64,000 bases of DNA from Holophagaceae bacterium (lineage in GTDB: Bacteria; Acidobacteriota; Holophagae; Holophagales; Holophagaceae). This document shows, one piece after another, positions 46,441 to 56,111 of this stretch; positions within the stretch are counted from its first letter, which is position 1, and every line of letters begins with the position of its first letter. The notes beneath the pieces are model-generated. The model was given only the letters and a program-made list of their open reading frames with translations, made no database searches and was not told the DNA's origin. The stretch spans positions 27,427 through 91,426 of the forward strand of contig JAJTBS010000004.1 in the NCBI GenBank assembly GCA_021286765.1. The letters are read 5' to 3'. Position numbers and translations under genes: made by a program.

Positions 46441-47928
46441 ATGGCCCCTTCCCGCGCAACCACCGCCCGCACCGGCATCTGGATCACCCTGATCCTGGTC
46501 CTGCTCGGTCTGGCGGCACTGGTCGTGTTCGTCCGGAGCCGCCAGAGTGCCGGGCGGGTGCTGATCCTGGCATCCGCCCTGGATGACCACGGGAAGGACG
46601 TGGGGCCCGGCATGGAAACCCTCCTCGCAGACTGCATGGAGGTCCTTTCGGGAGCCACCGTCACCCATGCGGCCACGCTCCCGTCCCCGGCGGACCTCCT
46701 CCGCTTGTCGCCCGACACGCGCCTGCTGAGGTTCGCGGGGCGCAGGAGCGGGGATCAGCTGGCCATGACACTGGAGTGGAACACGGTGGACCGGGTCCGG
46801 TCCGGGAAGCCGTGGACCCTGGATCAGCCCGGGCAGCAGGATCCCCTGCGGGTCGTGAGGCACATTGTCCAGACCTGGCCCCTGCCCCTCAGGTTCCGCC
46901 AGCTGGATGCCCTGCTTCCGTCCTCCGCCTCGAACTTCTGGCCCTTGCTGGAGAGCCTGTCCATCCGGGATGACCAGAGCGCCGCCGCGGACCTGGCGGC
47001 CTCCCAGCGATTCGTCGAGGCCGAACCCCGGTGCGCCACCGGCTGGGCTGTCCTGGGCGACCACCTCTACCGGAGCCTGTGGGTGGATCCCCTTCAGGCC
47101 GGCATCGGACTGAATTCACGCACGCACCATGCCTTTCAGAAGGCCGTGGAACTTGTCCCCGGCCACCCACGGGCCACGTTCCTGTGGTCAATGATGCTGA
47201 CTGACACGGGGAACCAGAGCATGGCCCTGCAGGCGCTGCGGGATGCGGTCCGGCTCAGGGCGAATCCGCCGGACCTCTATCTCGGCATCGCCTATGCCAG
47301 CCGGACCTCGGGCCTGCTCGAAGGCGCCCGCCGCGCCCTGGCCCGGCGGGCCAAACTGCTCGGCCCCCTGGCCACACCCTCCGCCTGGTTCGCCGAGACC
47401 ACCTACCTCTACCTGGGCGATCTCGAGGCTTTCGGGCGGGAGCTCGATCGGGCCGGGTCTCTCCGGCAGGACGCCAGCATCCTCTTCTACAAGGGCTACT
47501 TCGCCCTCCTCCAAGGCCATGATGCCCAGGCCCTGAACTTCATGCGGGCCGGAAGCGACCCGGGAATGATACCCACCCACTTCCGCGATCTCTGCCGCGT
47601 GTACCGGGCCTACCTCGAAGGCCGGTCCACCGACGGCCTGGTCGAGCTGCGGGAGATGGACGAGGTCCGCGGCAAGCTGCACATTCCGGATGGCGAGTGG
47701 ACGTTCAAGGAGGCCGAGGCCTACGCCATCCTCGGCGATGCGGACCGTGGCGTGGACTGCGCCACCCGGGCCTTCGTGCAGGGGTTCAGCTGCGCGGCCT
47801 GGTACGAGAACTCGCCCTTCCTGGCCAAGGCCAGGGCCCATCCCCGCTGGCGGACCCTGCAGCGGAACATCCGGGAACGGCAGGCCGTGCTGGAGGGGAG
47901 CTTCCCGCCTTCGGCCTTCGAACCGTGA
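46441..47928 (+). CDS. Membrane-anchored TPR-repeat hypothetical protein
   Basis: One N-terminal TM, helical repeats, and a C-terminal A...GF....W....P.L...R..PRW segment. Confidence 0.75.
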   Translation: MAPSRATTARTGIWITLILVLLGLAALVVFVRSRQSAGRVLILASALDDHGKDVGPGMETLLADCMEVLSGATVTHAATLPSPADLLRLSPDTRLLRFAGRRSGDQLAMTLEWNTVDRVRSGKPWTLDQPGQQDPLRVVRHIVQTWPLPLRFRQLDALLPSSASNFWPLLESLSIRDDQSAAADLAASQRFVEAEPRCATGWAVLGDHLYRSLWVDPLQAGIGLNSRTHHAFQKAVELVPGHPRATFLWSMMLTDTGNQSMALQALRDAVRLRANPPDLYLGIAYASRTSGLLEGARRALARRAKLLGPLATPSAWFAETTYLYLGDLEAFGRELDRAGSLRQDASILFYKGYFALLQGHDAQALNFMRAGSDPGMIPTHFRDLCRVYRAYLEGRSTDGLVELREMDEVRGKLHIPDGEWTFKEAEAYAILGDADRGVDCATRAFVQGFSCAAWYENSPFLAKARAHPRWRTLQRNIRERQAVLEGSFPPSAFEP

Positions 47929-47985
47929 ATTATGGCTTGGGAATTGAGTCCTTCCGCGATACACTTTCCTGCTCAGGGAGTGCCC

Positions 47986-48228
47986 ATGCTTTCGATCCGT
48001 CTTGCTCGCAATGGTGCCAAGAAGCGCCCGTTCTACCACATCGTCGTCTCCGAAAACGACCGCATCCCCACCGGCCAGGCCGTGGAGGTGCTCGGTTTCG
48101 TGAACCCCATCGCCGGCTCCGGCGAAGCGGTCCGCATCGACGTGGAGAAGGCCAAGTCCTGGCTGCAGAAGGGCGCCCAGCCCTCCAAGACCGTGCTCGA
48201 CCTGTTCAAGAAGAACCAGGTCATCTAG
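47986..48228 (+). CDS. rpsP: 30S ribosomal protein S16
   Basis: ML.IRL.R.GAKKRPFY.IVV, E.LG..NP, WL.KGAQPS.TV. Confidence 0.97.
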   Translation: MLSIRLARNGAKKRPFYHIVVSENDRIPTGQAVEVLGFVNPIAGSGEAVRIDVEKAKSWLQKGAQPSKTVLDLFKKNQVI

Positions 48229-48245
48229 CCCGTCTCAGATCCACG

Positions 48246-48274
48246 AAAGCCGGGCCTGTGGTCCGGCTTTCTTT
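48246..48274 (+). terminator. Hairpin/terminator after rpsP
   Basis: AAAGCCGGGCC-tgt-GGTCCGGCTTT followed by CTTTGTT. Confidence 0.65.
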
Positions 48275-48292
48275 GTTCTCCACGGAGAAGCC

Positions 48293-48547
48293 ATGAACCT
48301 GGAAGCCTTCCTGCGCGACGTGCTGACCCCGCTGCTGGACCATCCTGAGACCTTCCGCGTCGAGATCACCGGCGAAGGGCGGAGGCGCGACGTGCTGGTC
48401 TATGCCGATCCCCAGGACCGCGGCCGCATCATTGGAAAGCACGGCCGGATGATCTCGGCCCTGCGCACCCTCTGCAAGACCGCTGGCGACAAGGCCGGTT
48501 TGTCGGTGGATCTTGAGCTGTACGACGGGGACGAGCAGGAGGCCTAG
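48293..48547 (+). CDS. khpA: KH-domain RNA-binding protein KhpA/YlqC
   Basis: 84 aa; L..L.D.P, D.GR.IGK.GR.I.ALR; located between rpsP and rimM. Confidence 0.9.
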   Translation: MNLEAFLRDVLTPLLDHPETFRVEITGEGRRRDVLVYADPQDRGRIIGKHGRMISALRTLCKTAGDKAGLSVDLELYDGDEQEA

Positions 48548-49099
48548 ATGCTCCTTGCCGGTCACCTCGCCAAAATCCAGGGACTCAAGGGCGAATTCCT
48601 GTTCCACGCCCTCATGGATGACCCGGAACGCCTGGAAGGCATGAAGGGCCTCATCCTGGCCCCGCCCCACCAGAACCTGGAACAGGGCGACCCGGCCCCG
48701 CCCGCACGCGCCACCTGCCTGCGCAGCTTCCGCTGGCACCAGGACCGCCCCTGCCTCGCCTTCGCCGACCTGCCGGACCGGACCGCGGCGGAACCCTTCA
48801 AGGGCTGGGCCCTGTGGATGCCCGAAACCGAGGCGACCCTGGAGGAGGGCGAGAGCTTCCGCCATCAGTGGATCGGCTGCGAAGTCTTCATCGCCGGCCG
48901 CAAGGTGGGAGAAGTGCTGCGCCTGGATCCCGGCCCTGCCGGCTACGACATGGTGGTGATGCGGGACCTGAGACCCGGCCGCACCGGCCAGCGCGACATT
49001 CCCTACATCAAGGCCTGGTGGACCCTGGACCTGCTGAATCGACGCTTGGACCTGGATCCGCCTGAGGGCCTGCTCGACGTGAACCTGGTCGGGGACTGA
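48548..49099 (+). CDS. rimM: 16S rRNA processing protein RimM
   Basis: G...K..GLKGE, DR..AE..KG, EE.E...H..IG..V, VG.V, IPY, DPPEGLL; synteny with rpsP-khpA. Confidence 0.88.
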   Translation: MLLAGHLAKIQGLKGEFLFHALMDDPERLEGMKGLILAPPHQNLEQGDPAPPARATCLRSFRWHQDRPCLAFADLPDRTAAEPFKGWALWMPETEATLEEGESFRHQWIGCEVFIAGRKVGEVLRLDPGPAGYDMVVMRDLRPGRTGQRDIPYIKAWWTLDLLNRRLDLDPPEGLLDVNLVGD

Positions 49100-49102
49100 C
49101 CC

Positions 49103-49588
49103 GTGGGGTCCGGTTTTGAACGATTCAAGCAGACCTTGGGCATGCGCCTCTTCGGCTGGCTGAAGATCCCCCTGCTCGCCTCGGTCCGGCCCAGCGTGAT
49201 GGAACTCAGCGAGACCCGCTGTGTGGTCAAGATCCCCCTGCGCCGCTGGTCGAAGAACCACCTGGGTTCCATGTACTTCGGGGCCCTGGCCATCGGGGCC
49301 GACTGCGCCGGCGGCCTCCTGGCCATGGATCAGATCAAGCGCTCCGGCGCCAAGGTGAACCTCGTCTTCAAGGCCTTCCAGGCTCAGTTTCTCAAGCGCC
49401 CCGAATCAGACGTCTACTTCATCTGCGAGGAGGGGCAGGCCATCCGCGATCAGGTCCGGCGGGCCCTGGAATCCGAGGACCGCATCACCGAGCCCATGCA
49501 CATCCGGGCCGCCGTGAAGCTACCGGATGGGACCTACGAGCCCGTGGCCGAGTTCGTGCTGGAGCTCAGCCTGAAGCGTCGCCGCTAG
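49103..49588 (+). CDS. DUF4442/YiiD-like hot-dog-fold protein
   Basis: KNHLGSMYFGAL..GAD.AGG, FLKR.E.DV.F; hot-dog pattern. Confidence 0.78.
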   Translation: MGSGFERFKQTLGMRLFGWLKIPLLASVRPSVMELSETRCVVKIPLRRWSKNHLGSMYFGALAIGADCAGGLLAMDQIKRSGAKVNLVFKAFQAQFLKRPESDVYFICEEGQAIRDQVRRALESEDRITEPMHIRAAVKLPDGTYEPVAEFVLELSLKRRR

Positions 49589-50196
49589 GCGACCCGCAGC
49601 TGCAGCAGGAACTTCTGGATGCCCGCCAGGAGCATCTCGATGGCGATGGCCGTCAGCACCAAGCCCATGAGTCGCTCGAAGGCCATGGTGACCTGCTCCC
49701 CCAGGAAGTCGGCGATTTTCTCGGCGAAACCCAGCACCACCGCTGAGATGGCCATGGCCACGGACAGGGCGCCCAGCCACTCCCATAGGCGATGGGGCTC
49801 CCGGCTCACCAGCAGCAGCACCGTGGCGATGGCGGAGGGGCCGGCGATGAACGGGATGGCCAGGGGCACCAGGAAGGGCTCCCCATGGAGCGGGTGGTCG
49901 GCGCCGCGGCCCTCGGGATGGGGGAACACCATCTTCAGGGCGATGAGGAAGAGGATCACCCCGCCCGCGATGCCCAGCGAGGTGTCGGTGAGGTGCATGA
50001 GCTTGAGCACCCGTTGCCCAAAGAGGGCGAAGAACACCAGGATGGCGAAGGCGAACAGCACCTCGCGGACGATGATCCGCTGACGCCGAGCCGGGTCCAC
50101 CTGTCGCAGCAGGCCCACGAAGAGCGGGATGTTGCCCAGGGGGTCCGTGACCAGCACCAGGAGCACGATGGCGGAGATGAAGGAAGACGAGTCCAT
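49585..50196 (-). CDS. MarC-family integral membrane protein
   Basis: L.LV.DPLGNIP.F, AGG.ILF.IA..M, VPLAIP.IAGP.AIA, ERLMGL.L.AIA.EM. Confidence 0.93.
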   Translation of the reverse strand: MDSSSFISAIVLLVLVTDPLGNIPLFVGLLRQVDPARRQRIIVREVLFAFAILVFFALFGQRVLKLMHLTDTSLGIAGGVILFLIALKMVFPHPEGRGADHPLHGEPFLVPLAIPFIAGPSAIATVLLLVSREPHRLWEWLGALSVAMAISAVVLGFAEKIADFLGEQVTMAFERLMGLVLTAIAIEMLLAGIQKFLLQLRVA

Positions 50197-50249
50197 AGGC
50201 CTTCAGCATAGCCTCAGGCTCCGGCCCGTCCTCCCCCTCTCGCGGGATC

Positions 50250-50546
50250 TCAGGGGGCCGGAGGGACGCGACCTGACACCTTGAGGGCCCACCAACGGAG
50301 CCCCACGAAGAGGAAGCGCCAGTCCTTGAAGAACTCCGGCGGCTTCCCCTCCACGGCATGGCCCAGGAACTGGAAGAACCAGCCCACCCCGAACAGGAGA
50401 AGGCCGACCTTCCAGAGCCCCGGAACCAGGAGCGCCGCGAGGAGAAGGAGGATCGACAGCGTCACCAGGGGAATGCCGACCGTGTGGCAGGCCCGGTTGA
50501 GGGGATGCTGATGGCTCTGCCCATAGGCCTGGATCCAGTCGGACAT
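50250..50546 (-). CDS. DUF962/Mpo1-like small membrane protein
   Basis: Y..SHQHP.NR..H.VGIP, GW..QF.GH..EGK.P.FF. Start ATG 50546. Confidence 0.85.
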   Translation of the reverse strand: MSDWIQAYGQSHQHPLNRACHTVGIPLVTLSILLLLAALLVPGLWKVGLLLFGVGWFFQFLGHAVEGKPPEFFKDWRFLFVGLRWWALKVSGRVPPAP

Positions 50547-50593
50547 GGGTCTGGATCCAAGCATGGGAGCCCCCTGCAACATGGGCGGTCGGG

Positions 50594-52369
50594 TTATTTG
50601 AGGTCGATCTCGAAAGCCAGGCGGGCGTAGACCCCCCGGGGATCGTTCAGGGCCGACACCCGCTCCAGCTGAAGCTTGAAGGCCTCCGCCAGGGCGTCCA
50701 CCGGACCGGGCTTGGTCAGCTTCCGCGATTTCCCCTGACCGAGGTTCCTCAGCAGGTCCTTCAGGGCATCGGGCTCTCGCTCGGGCCCAGCCACGTAGAA
50801 ATCATTCTCGGCCTTGGCCATCTTCGCGGCATGTTTCAGAGCCGCGCCCAGTCCGCCGATCTCGTCCACCAAGCCCAGCTTGACGGCCTCGCGGCCGGAC
50901 CAGACCCGGCCCTGGGCGATCTCGTGGACGGCCTCCTTCTTCATCTTCCGGCTGTCGGCCACCTTCGCCACGAACTGCTCGTAGATGTGGTCCACCAGGC
51001 CCTGGATGCGGTTCAGCTCCAGGTCGTTCTTGGGGCGGGTCAGGGTCATGGGGTTGGCCAGCTTCGCGGTCTGCACGCTGTCCCAGGTGATGCCATGCCC
51101 GTTGGCGAGCTTCTTCACATTGGGCAGCAGGCCGAAGACGCCGATGGAACCCGTGATGGTGGTGGGCTCGGCGAAGATGCGATCGCCATAGGTGCTGATC
51201 CAGTAGCCGCCCGAGGCCGCCAGGTGGCCCATGGAGATCACCAGGGGCTTCACCTTCTTGGTGAGCACGACTTCCCGCTGGATGAGTTCCGAGGCCGAGG
51301 CACTGCCGCCGGGGCTGTTCACGCGCAGCACCACCGCCTTGACCCGCTCGTCCAGGCGCAGGCGCCGGAGCTCACGGCTGAGCCGCTCGCCGCCGATCTG
51401 GCTGGACTTGCCTTCGCCGTCCACGATCTCGCCTTCCGCCACCAGCACGGCGATGCGGGTCTTCCCCGTCTTCGCCTCGCCCGGGATGCCAGCGTAGGTG
51501 GCCAGGGTGATCTGGGGGAAATCCTTGTCCTTCGCCTGCTTCCCAGCCAGCTTCTTGAGCTCGTCGAGCACTTCGTCGTAGGGCGCGATGCGGTCCACCA
51601 GGCCCAGCTTCTTGGCGTCCTCGGCCTCGATCAGCCCCCTCTCGTCGGCGATGGCCTGGAGGTCCGCAGGCTGCTTCTTGCGGTCCTTCGCGACGGTGTC
51701 CTTCCACTCGCCCCAGATGTCATCCAGCAGCATCTGGATCTGCTCGCGGTTGGGATCACTCATGCGGTCGGTTATGTACGGCTCCACCGCGCTCTTGTAC
51801 TTGCCCACGCGGGTGACCTGCACCTCCACGCCGTACTTCTTGAAGGCCTCGCCAAAGAACATGGGTTCGCTGGCCAGGCCGTTCACCTCCATCTCGCCGA
51901 AGGGGTTGATGAACACCGTCGTGGCGCCCGCGGCCAGGTAGTAGTCCCGCTTGCCCCAGCCCAGGTTGTAGGCCAGCACGGGCTTCTTCGCCTTGAAGCG
52001 CTGGATGGCCTCCCGCAGCTCCCGCAGCTGCGCGGGGCCGGCGCCCTGCAGGTTGCCCGTGAGGAACAGGCCTGTGATGCGGGAATCCGAGGCCGCCCGG
52101 TCCAGGGCCTCGATGGCCACCGGCAACGCCTGGCTGCGTGTGCCGCCCCCACTCATGGCCTCGCTGAGCGCCTCGCCGGGCTCGGTGTCGCGCTCACCAT
52201 CCGACAGGCTCGTGTCCAGGTCGAAGACCAGCACGGCTTTGCCCGGAACCGTCGGCTTTCCCGAGGATCCAAGGACCGCCAGCAGGCCGAAGAACAGCAC
52301 GAACGCCAAGCCCCCGGCCACCATCAGGGCCAGGAGGGTGGCGAAGAAACTCTTGAAGAAGTCCTTCAT
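50594..52369 (-). CDS. sppA: Signal peptide peptidase SppA (67K type)
   Basis: YYLA..A, G.YKSAVEP, RVNSPGGS..ASE.I, SMG..AASGGYWI, TGSIGV, GRVW.G..A..LGLVD. Confidence 0.95.
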   Translation of the reverse strand: MKDFFKSFFATLLALMVAGGLAFVLFFGLLAVLGSSGKPTVPGKAVLVFDLDTSLSDGERDTEPGEALSEAMSGGGTRSQALPVAIEALDRAASDSRITGLFLTGNLQGAGPAQLRELREAIQRFKAKKPVLAYNLGWGKRDYYLAAGATTVFINPFGEMEVNGLASEPMFFGEAFKKYGVEVQVTRVGKYKSAVEPYITDRMSDPNREQIQMLLDDIWGEWKDTVAKDRKKQPADLQAIADERGLIEAEDAKKLGLVDRIAPYDEVLDELKKLAGKQAKDKDFPQITLATYAGIPGEAKTGKTRIAVLVAEGEIVDGEGKSSQIGGERLSRELRRLRLDERVKAVVLRVNSPGGSASASELIQREVVLTKKVKPLVISMGHLAASGGYWISTYGDRIFAEPTTITGSIGVFGLLPNVKKLANGHGITWDSVQTAKLANPMTLTRPKNDLELNRIQGLVDHIYEQFVAKVADSRKMKKEAVHEIAQGRVWSGREAVKLGLVDEIGGLGAALKHAAKMAKAENDFYVAGPEREPDALKDLLRNLGQGKSRKLTKPGPVDALAEAFKLQLERVSALNDPRGVYARLAFEIDLK

Positions 52370-52415
52370 GGCGGCTCCGGAGAAGACCCTTCAGGATGGC
52401 AGAAACGGCCCGAAC

Positions 52416-52955
52416 CTAGCGCAACCGGGCCACCAGGGCCAGGAACGCGTCCAGGGTCCTGGGCACGGCTGCGGCGGTGCGGGCGTCCGTGGGCGCGCCC
52501 TCCTCATCCAGTTGCTGGTCCGCATGGGGCACCGTGATCGTCTCCGGCAACGCCAGCGCCCCCATGTTGGCCAGGGTGGCCCGCCAGGCCATCAGGCCGC
52601 GGGCGCCGCCGAAGGCTCCCGGGCTGGCCGCGCAGAGCAACACAGGCAGGCCCGCCCAGGGGCTGGGCTTCATGGTGCTGAGCCAGTCTACGGCGTTCTT
52701 CAGATGGCCGGGAATGCCCGCGTTGTATTCCGGCGACACGATCAGCAGGCCCTGGGTTTTCGCCAGGGCCGCATGCAGGGCCTGAACGGCGGCGGCGGGA
52801 GCCTCAGCATCCTCATAAAGCGGCAGGCGCAGGGCCTCGCCGGAAAAGGTCGAGACCTCATGCCCCCGGGCTTCCAGCGTCCGCGCCAGGTATCCCAACA
52901 GCTTGGCGTTGAGCGAAGCGGACCGGAGGCTTCCCCCCATCAGCACCAATCTCAT
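52416..52955 (-). CDS. NADPH-dependent FMN reductase family protein
   Basis: GSLR..S.N, SPEYN.GIPG.LKNA.DW.S, SPGAFGG.R. Start ATG 52955. Confidence 0.93.
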   Translation of the reverse strand: MRLVLMGGSLRSASLNAKLLGYLARTLEARGHEVSTFSGEALRLPLYEDAEAPAAAVQALHAALAKTQGLLIVSPEYNAGIPGHLKNAVDWLSTMKPSPWAGLPVLLCAASPGAFGGARGLMAWRATLANMGALALPETITVPHADQQLDEEGAPTDARTAAAVPRTLDAFLALVARLR

Positions 52956-53027
52956 GGTTCCTCCTGAGATGTGACCTGGATCAATCCTGACTTGATTGGT
53001 AAACTTTTTCATCCCCTGGAGGATGAG

Positions 53028-53456
53028 ATGTCCAACTACCCCGAACACATGGTCGCTCCGATGCGAGATGAGCTTGTCCAGGCCGGCTTCCGGCAGCTCC
53101 TGACCCCCGCCCAGGTGGACGAGGCCTTGCAGCGGCCCGGCACCACGCTGCTGGTGGTGAACAGCGTCTGCGGCTGCGCCGCGGCCGGGGCCCGCCCGGG
53201 CGTGGCCGAGGCGCTCCGGTCGCAGGGTCTGCGCTTCGATCACCTCGTCACGGTCTTTGCCGGCATGGAGAAGGAGGCCACGGCCCAGGCGCGGGAATAC
53301 TTCGAGGGCGCCATGCCCACCAGCCCCCAGGCTGCCATCTTCAAGGACGGGCAGCTGGTGCACCTCATGCAGCGCCAGGATTTCCTCGGCCACGACCCGG
53401 ATGAGATCGCCGCCGCGCTGGCCGCCGCCTACCGCCGGACCGTGGTCGCGAGCTGA
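53028..53456 (+). CDS. BrxA/BrxB (YphP/YqiW)-family bacilliredoxin
   Basis: Y....V.PMR.EL...GF..L.T, VVNSVCGCAA..ARP, TVFAG.EKEAT..AR, P.SP..A.FKDG.LV....R..I.G. Confidence 0.9.
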   Translation: MSNYPEHMVAPMRDELVQAGFRQLLTPAQVDEALQRPGTTLLVVNSVCGCAAAGARPGVAEALRSQGLRFDHLVTVFAGMEKEATAQAREYFEGAMPTSPQAAIFKDGQLVHLMQRQDFLGHDPDEIAAALAAAYRRTVVAS

Positions 53457-53607
53457 TCTGACATCAGCGCCCGTCGGCCAGAGCCGGATCATCCGGGATT
53501 TGATGGGCGGCGCGTGGCTCGTGGGCGTGTCGGCGCCTCCTGCGGGTGGCGAATGATCCGGTCATTTTCTGGCGGGGTGCGCTAGCTTTGGGGATCTGCG
53601 GGTCCCC

Positions 53608-54966
53608 ATGCGTCCACTCCCCATCCTCCTCCTGCTCGCCCTGCCTCTGTCGGCCCAGGCTCCGCCGGCAGCCTCGGCCTTCGTGGAGGAACTCGAGCCC
53701 TCCACCCTGGCCCTGCCCATCCGTGTGGACCTGATCCCGTTGCTGAAGCAGATGGAGGGACAAGTGCCGCTCTCCCCTCCGGGCATCGAGACCTGGGCGG
53801 AGATCAAGGGCCGGCCCCGGACCTATTTCCGCTTCAACCTGATCCGCGAGCCCCTGGTGGTGAGGGTGAAGGACAACCAGGTGTCGGTGCGGGTGGTGGC
53901 GAACTTCGGCATGGACGTGGGCCTTCGGACCTTCGGCAACCACTTCACCGTGATGGGTTCCTGCGGCCGGGCCCCTGAGCCGCCGCGGCGGGTCCTGCTG
54001 GACCTGAAGACCGACATCGGCCTCCTGCCCGGCTGGGGGGTGGACCTGCGACAGACGGCCTTCGAGGTCTCGCCGCTGAACACCTGCGAGGTCACCTTCC
54101 TCGGGTTCGACATCACCGACCAGGTCACGGCGGGCATGAAGGAGAACCTGCGGGCCGGGGCCGACCTCCTCGGCCAGCTCGTGCGGGAAAATGCGCTGGC
54201 CCGCCAGAAGGCCCAGGAGGCCTGGACGCAGTTCAGCCAGCCCATCGAGCTGGGCAAGGATCTCTACCTCCTGTTCCAGCCGCGCCGCATCCGCCTCGCG
54301 CCCCTGGCCACCCAAGGGAGAACCCTGGTCATCACGCCTGAGATCGAGGCCCAGCCCCGGCTGGTGCTCGGCACGAAGCCCCAGTCCGAGGTGACGCCCC
54401 TGCCCGACCTCGAAGTGAATGCCAGCCTGAAGCCAGGCTTCCGCCTCCGCGTGGAGGCTGACCTGGCCTACACGCACGCCAGCCAGCAGCTCGCCGCCCA
54501 GGTGGTCGGCAAGACCTTCGACACGGACAAGGGCCGCTTCGAGATCACGTCGGCCCGCGTCTGGGGTGAGCAGGGCAAGGCCATGCTCGAAGTCGGGCTG
54601 AAGGGCCGCATCACCGGAAAGGTGAAGCTGTCCGGGAAACCTCTGTCCGACCCCGCCACCAGCTCGCTGCGCCTCACGGACCTGGACTTCACCCTGGACA
54701 GCCAAAGCTGGCTGGCCAGGCTGGGCGACTGGATCTACCACTCGGACCTGCGGCGGGTGCTGGCAGACAAGGCGCACTTCCTCATGGACCAGCAGTTCCA
54801 GGGCCTGCGTGAGGCTGTCCAGGCGGGCCTCAATCGGCAGCTGGCTCCAAACCTGCAGCTAAGTGGCACCTTGAAGGCCTTCCGGGTGGCCGCCGTGACC
54901 ACGGGCGCCGAGGGCTTCCGGTCCCAGGCCTACCTCGAAGGCGAGGTCCAGGTGGACATGAAGTAG
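53608..54966 (+). CDS. Exported protein, probably DUF4403 family
   Basis: Signal peptide, beta-rich, W....P.P..L...P; the family call is from overall resemblance only. Confidence 0.6.
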   Translation: MRPLPILLLLALPLSAQAPPAASAFVEELEPSTLALPIRVDLIPLLKQMEGQVPLSPPGIETWAEIKGRPRTYFRFNLIREPLVVRVKDNQVSVRVVANFGMDVGLRTFGNHFTVMGSCGRAPEPPRRVLLDLKTDIGLLPGWGVDLRQTAFEVSPLNTCEVTFLGFDITDQVTAGMKENLRAGADLLGQLVRENALARQKAQEAWTQFSQPIELGKDLYLLFQPRRIRLAPLATQGRTLVITPEIEAQPRLVLGTKPQSEVTPLPDLEVNASLKPGFRLRVEADLAYTHASQQLAAQVVGKTFDTDKGRFEITSARVWGEQGKAMLEVGLKGRITGKVKLSGKPLSDPATSSLRLTDLDFTLDSQSWLARLGDWIYHSDLRRVLADKAHFLMDQQFQGLREAVQAGLNRQLAPNLQLSGTLKAFRVAAVTTGAEGFRSQAYLEGEVQVDMK

Positions 54967-54992
54967 GCTGAAGGCTGGAGAGCCCGACCCAC

Positions 54993-56111
54993 ATGCCCAA
55001 GCCCCTGTCCCACTTCAGGATCGTGGACCTGTCCTGCGTGCTGGCCGGTCCCTTCGCCACCCAGCTCCTGGCGGACTTCGGCGCGGAGGTTCAGAAGCTG
55101 GAGCCCCCCGAGGGTGATCCCACCCGGGGCTGGGGCCCTCCCTTCGAGGATGGCGAGGCCGGCGAGAGCGCCTACTTCCGGTGCGCCAACCGGGGGAAGA
55201 CGAGCCGCGCCATTGACCTGCATACCGAGGAGGGCAAGGAGCAGCTCTTCGACCTCCTGAAAGAGGCCGATGTGCTGGTGGAGAACTTCCGCGCCGATTC
55301 CGCGGACCGCCTGGGCCTGGGCTGGAAGCGGCTGCACGCGAAATTTCCGAAGCTGATCCTCGCCTCCGTGCGCGGCTTCGCCTCGGACGTCACCGCGTCC
55401 CGCCGCGCCGGCTACGACTTCATCATCCAGGCCGAGAGCGGCTGGATGGCCATTACCGGCGAGCCCGAAGGCCGCCCCATGAAGGTGGGCGTGGCCCTGG
55501 TGGATGTGCTGGCCGGCCTCTACTGCGCCAATGGCATCCAGGCCGCCCTCCTCCACCGCGAGCGCACCGGCGAGGCCCTCCACATCGAAGTGCCACTCAT
55601 GGAGGCCGCCCTGGCGGGCCTGGTCAACGTGGCCGCGGGCTCGCTCATGACCGGGGAACCGCCCCGCCGCTGGGGCAACGCCCACCCCCAGATCGTGCCC
55701 TACCAGTCCTTCCGCTGCCAGGATGGCGACGTGGCCATCGGTGTGGGCAGCGACCGCCAGTTCGAGGTGCTGGCCATGTGGCTGGGCCTGGATCTGGAAG
55801 CCCGTCCCGAATGGAAGAAGAACCGCGGCCGGGTCAGGGACCGCGAGGAGCTGGTGGCCCTCATCGAGGCGCGCACCCGGACCAGCACCGTGGAGGAGGT
55901 GCTGGGCATGTGCGAGGCCAACGCCATCCCGGCCAGCCGCGTGCGCAGCGTGGACGAGGTGCTGTACCGCCAGGGCGGGACCCTGCACAACCTCCTGCAG
56001 CCCCTCTTCGAAATGGAAACCAACACCATGGTGCCCACCCTGGCCTCGCCGCTGCTCTTGAACGGGGAGCGGGCCTGCGCCCCCCTGCCCCCGCCCCGCT
56101 GGAAGCCATGA
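54993..56111 (+). CDS. CaiB/BaiF family III CoA-transferase
   Basis: DLS.VLAGPF.TQ.LAD.GAEV.K.EPP.GD..R, NRGK.S, ADV.VENFR, GYD.I.QA.SG.M.ITG, .D..AG. Confidence 0.94.
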   Translation: MPKPLSHFRIVDLSCVLAGPFATQLLADFGAEVQKLEPPEGDPTRGWGPPFEDGEAGESAYFRCANRGKTSRAIDLHTEEGKEQLFDLLKEADVLVENFRADSADRLGLGWKRLHAKFPKLILASVRGFASDVTASRRAGYDFIIQAESGWMAITGEPEGRPMKVGVALVDVLAGLYCANGIQAALLHRERTGEALHIEVPLMEAALAGLVNVAAGSLMTGEPPRRWGNAHPQIVPYQSFRCQDGDVAIGVGSDRQFEVLAMWLGLDLEARPEWKKNRGRVRDREELVALIEARTRTSTVEEVLGMCEANAIPASRVRSVDEVLYRQGGTLHNLLQPLFEMETNTMVPTLASPLLLNGERACAPLPPPRWKP

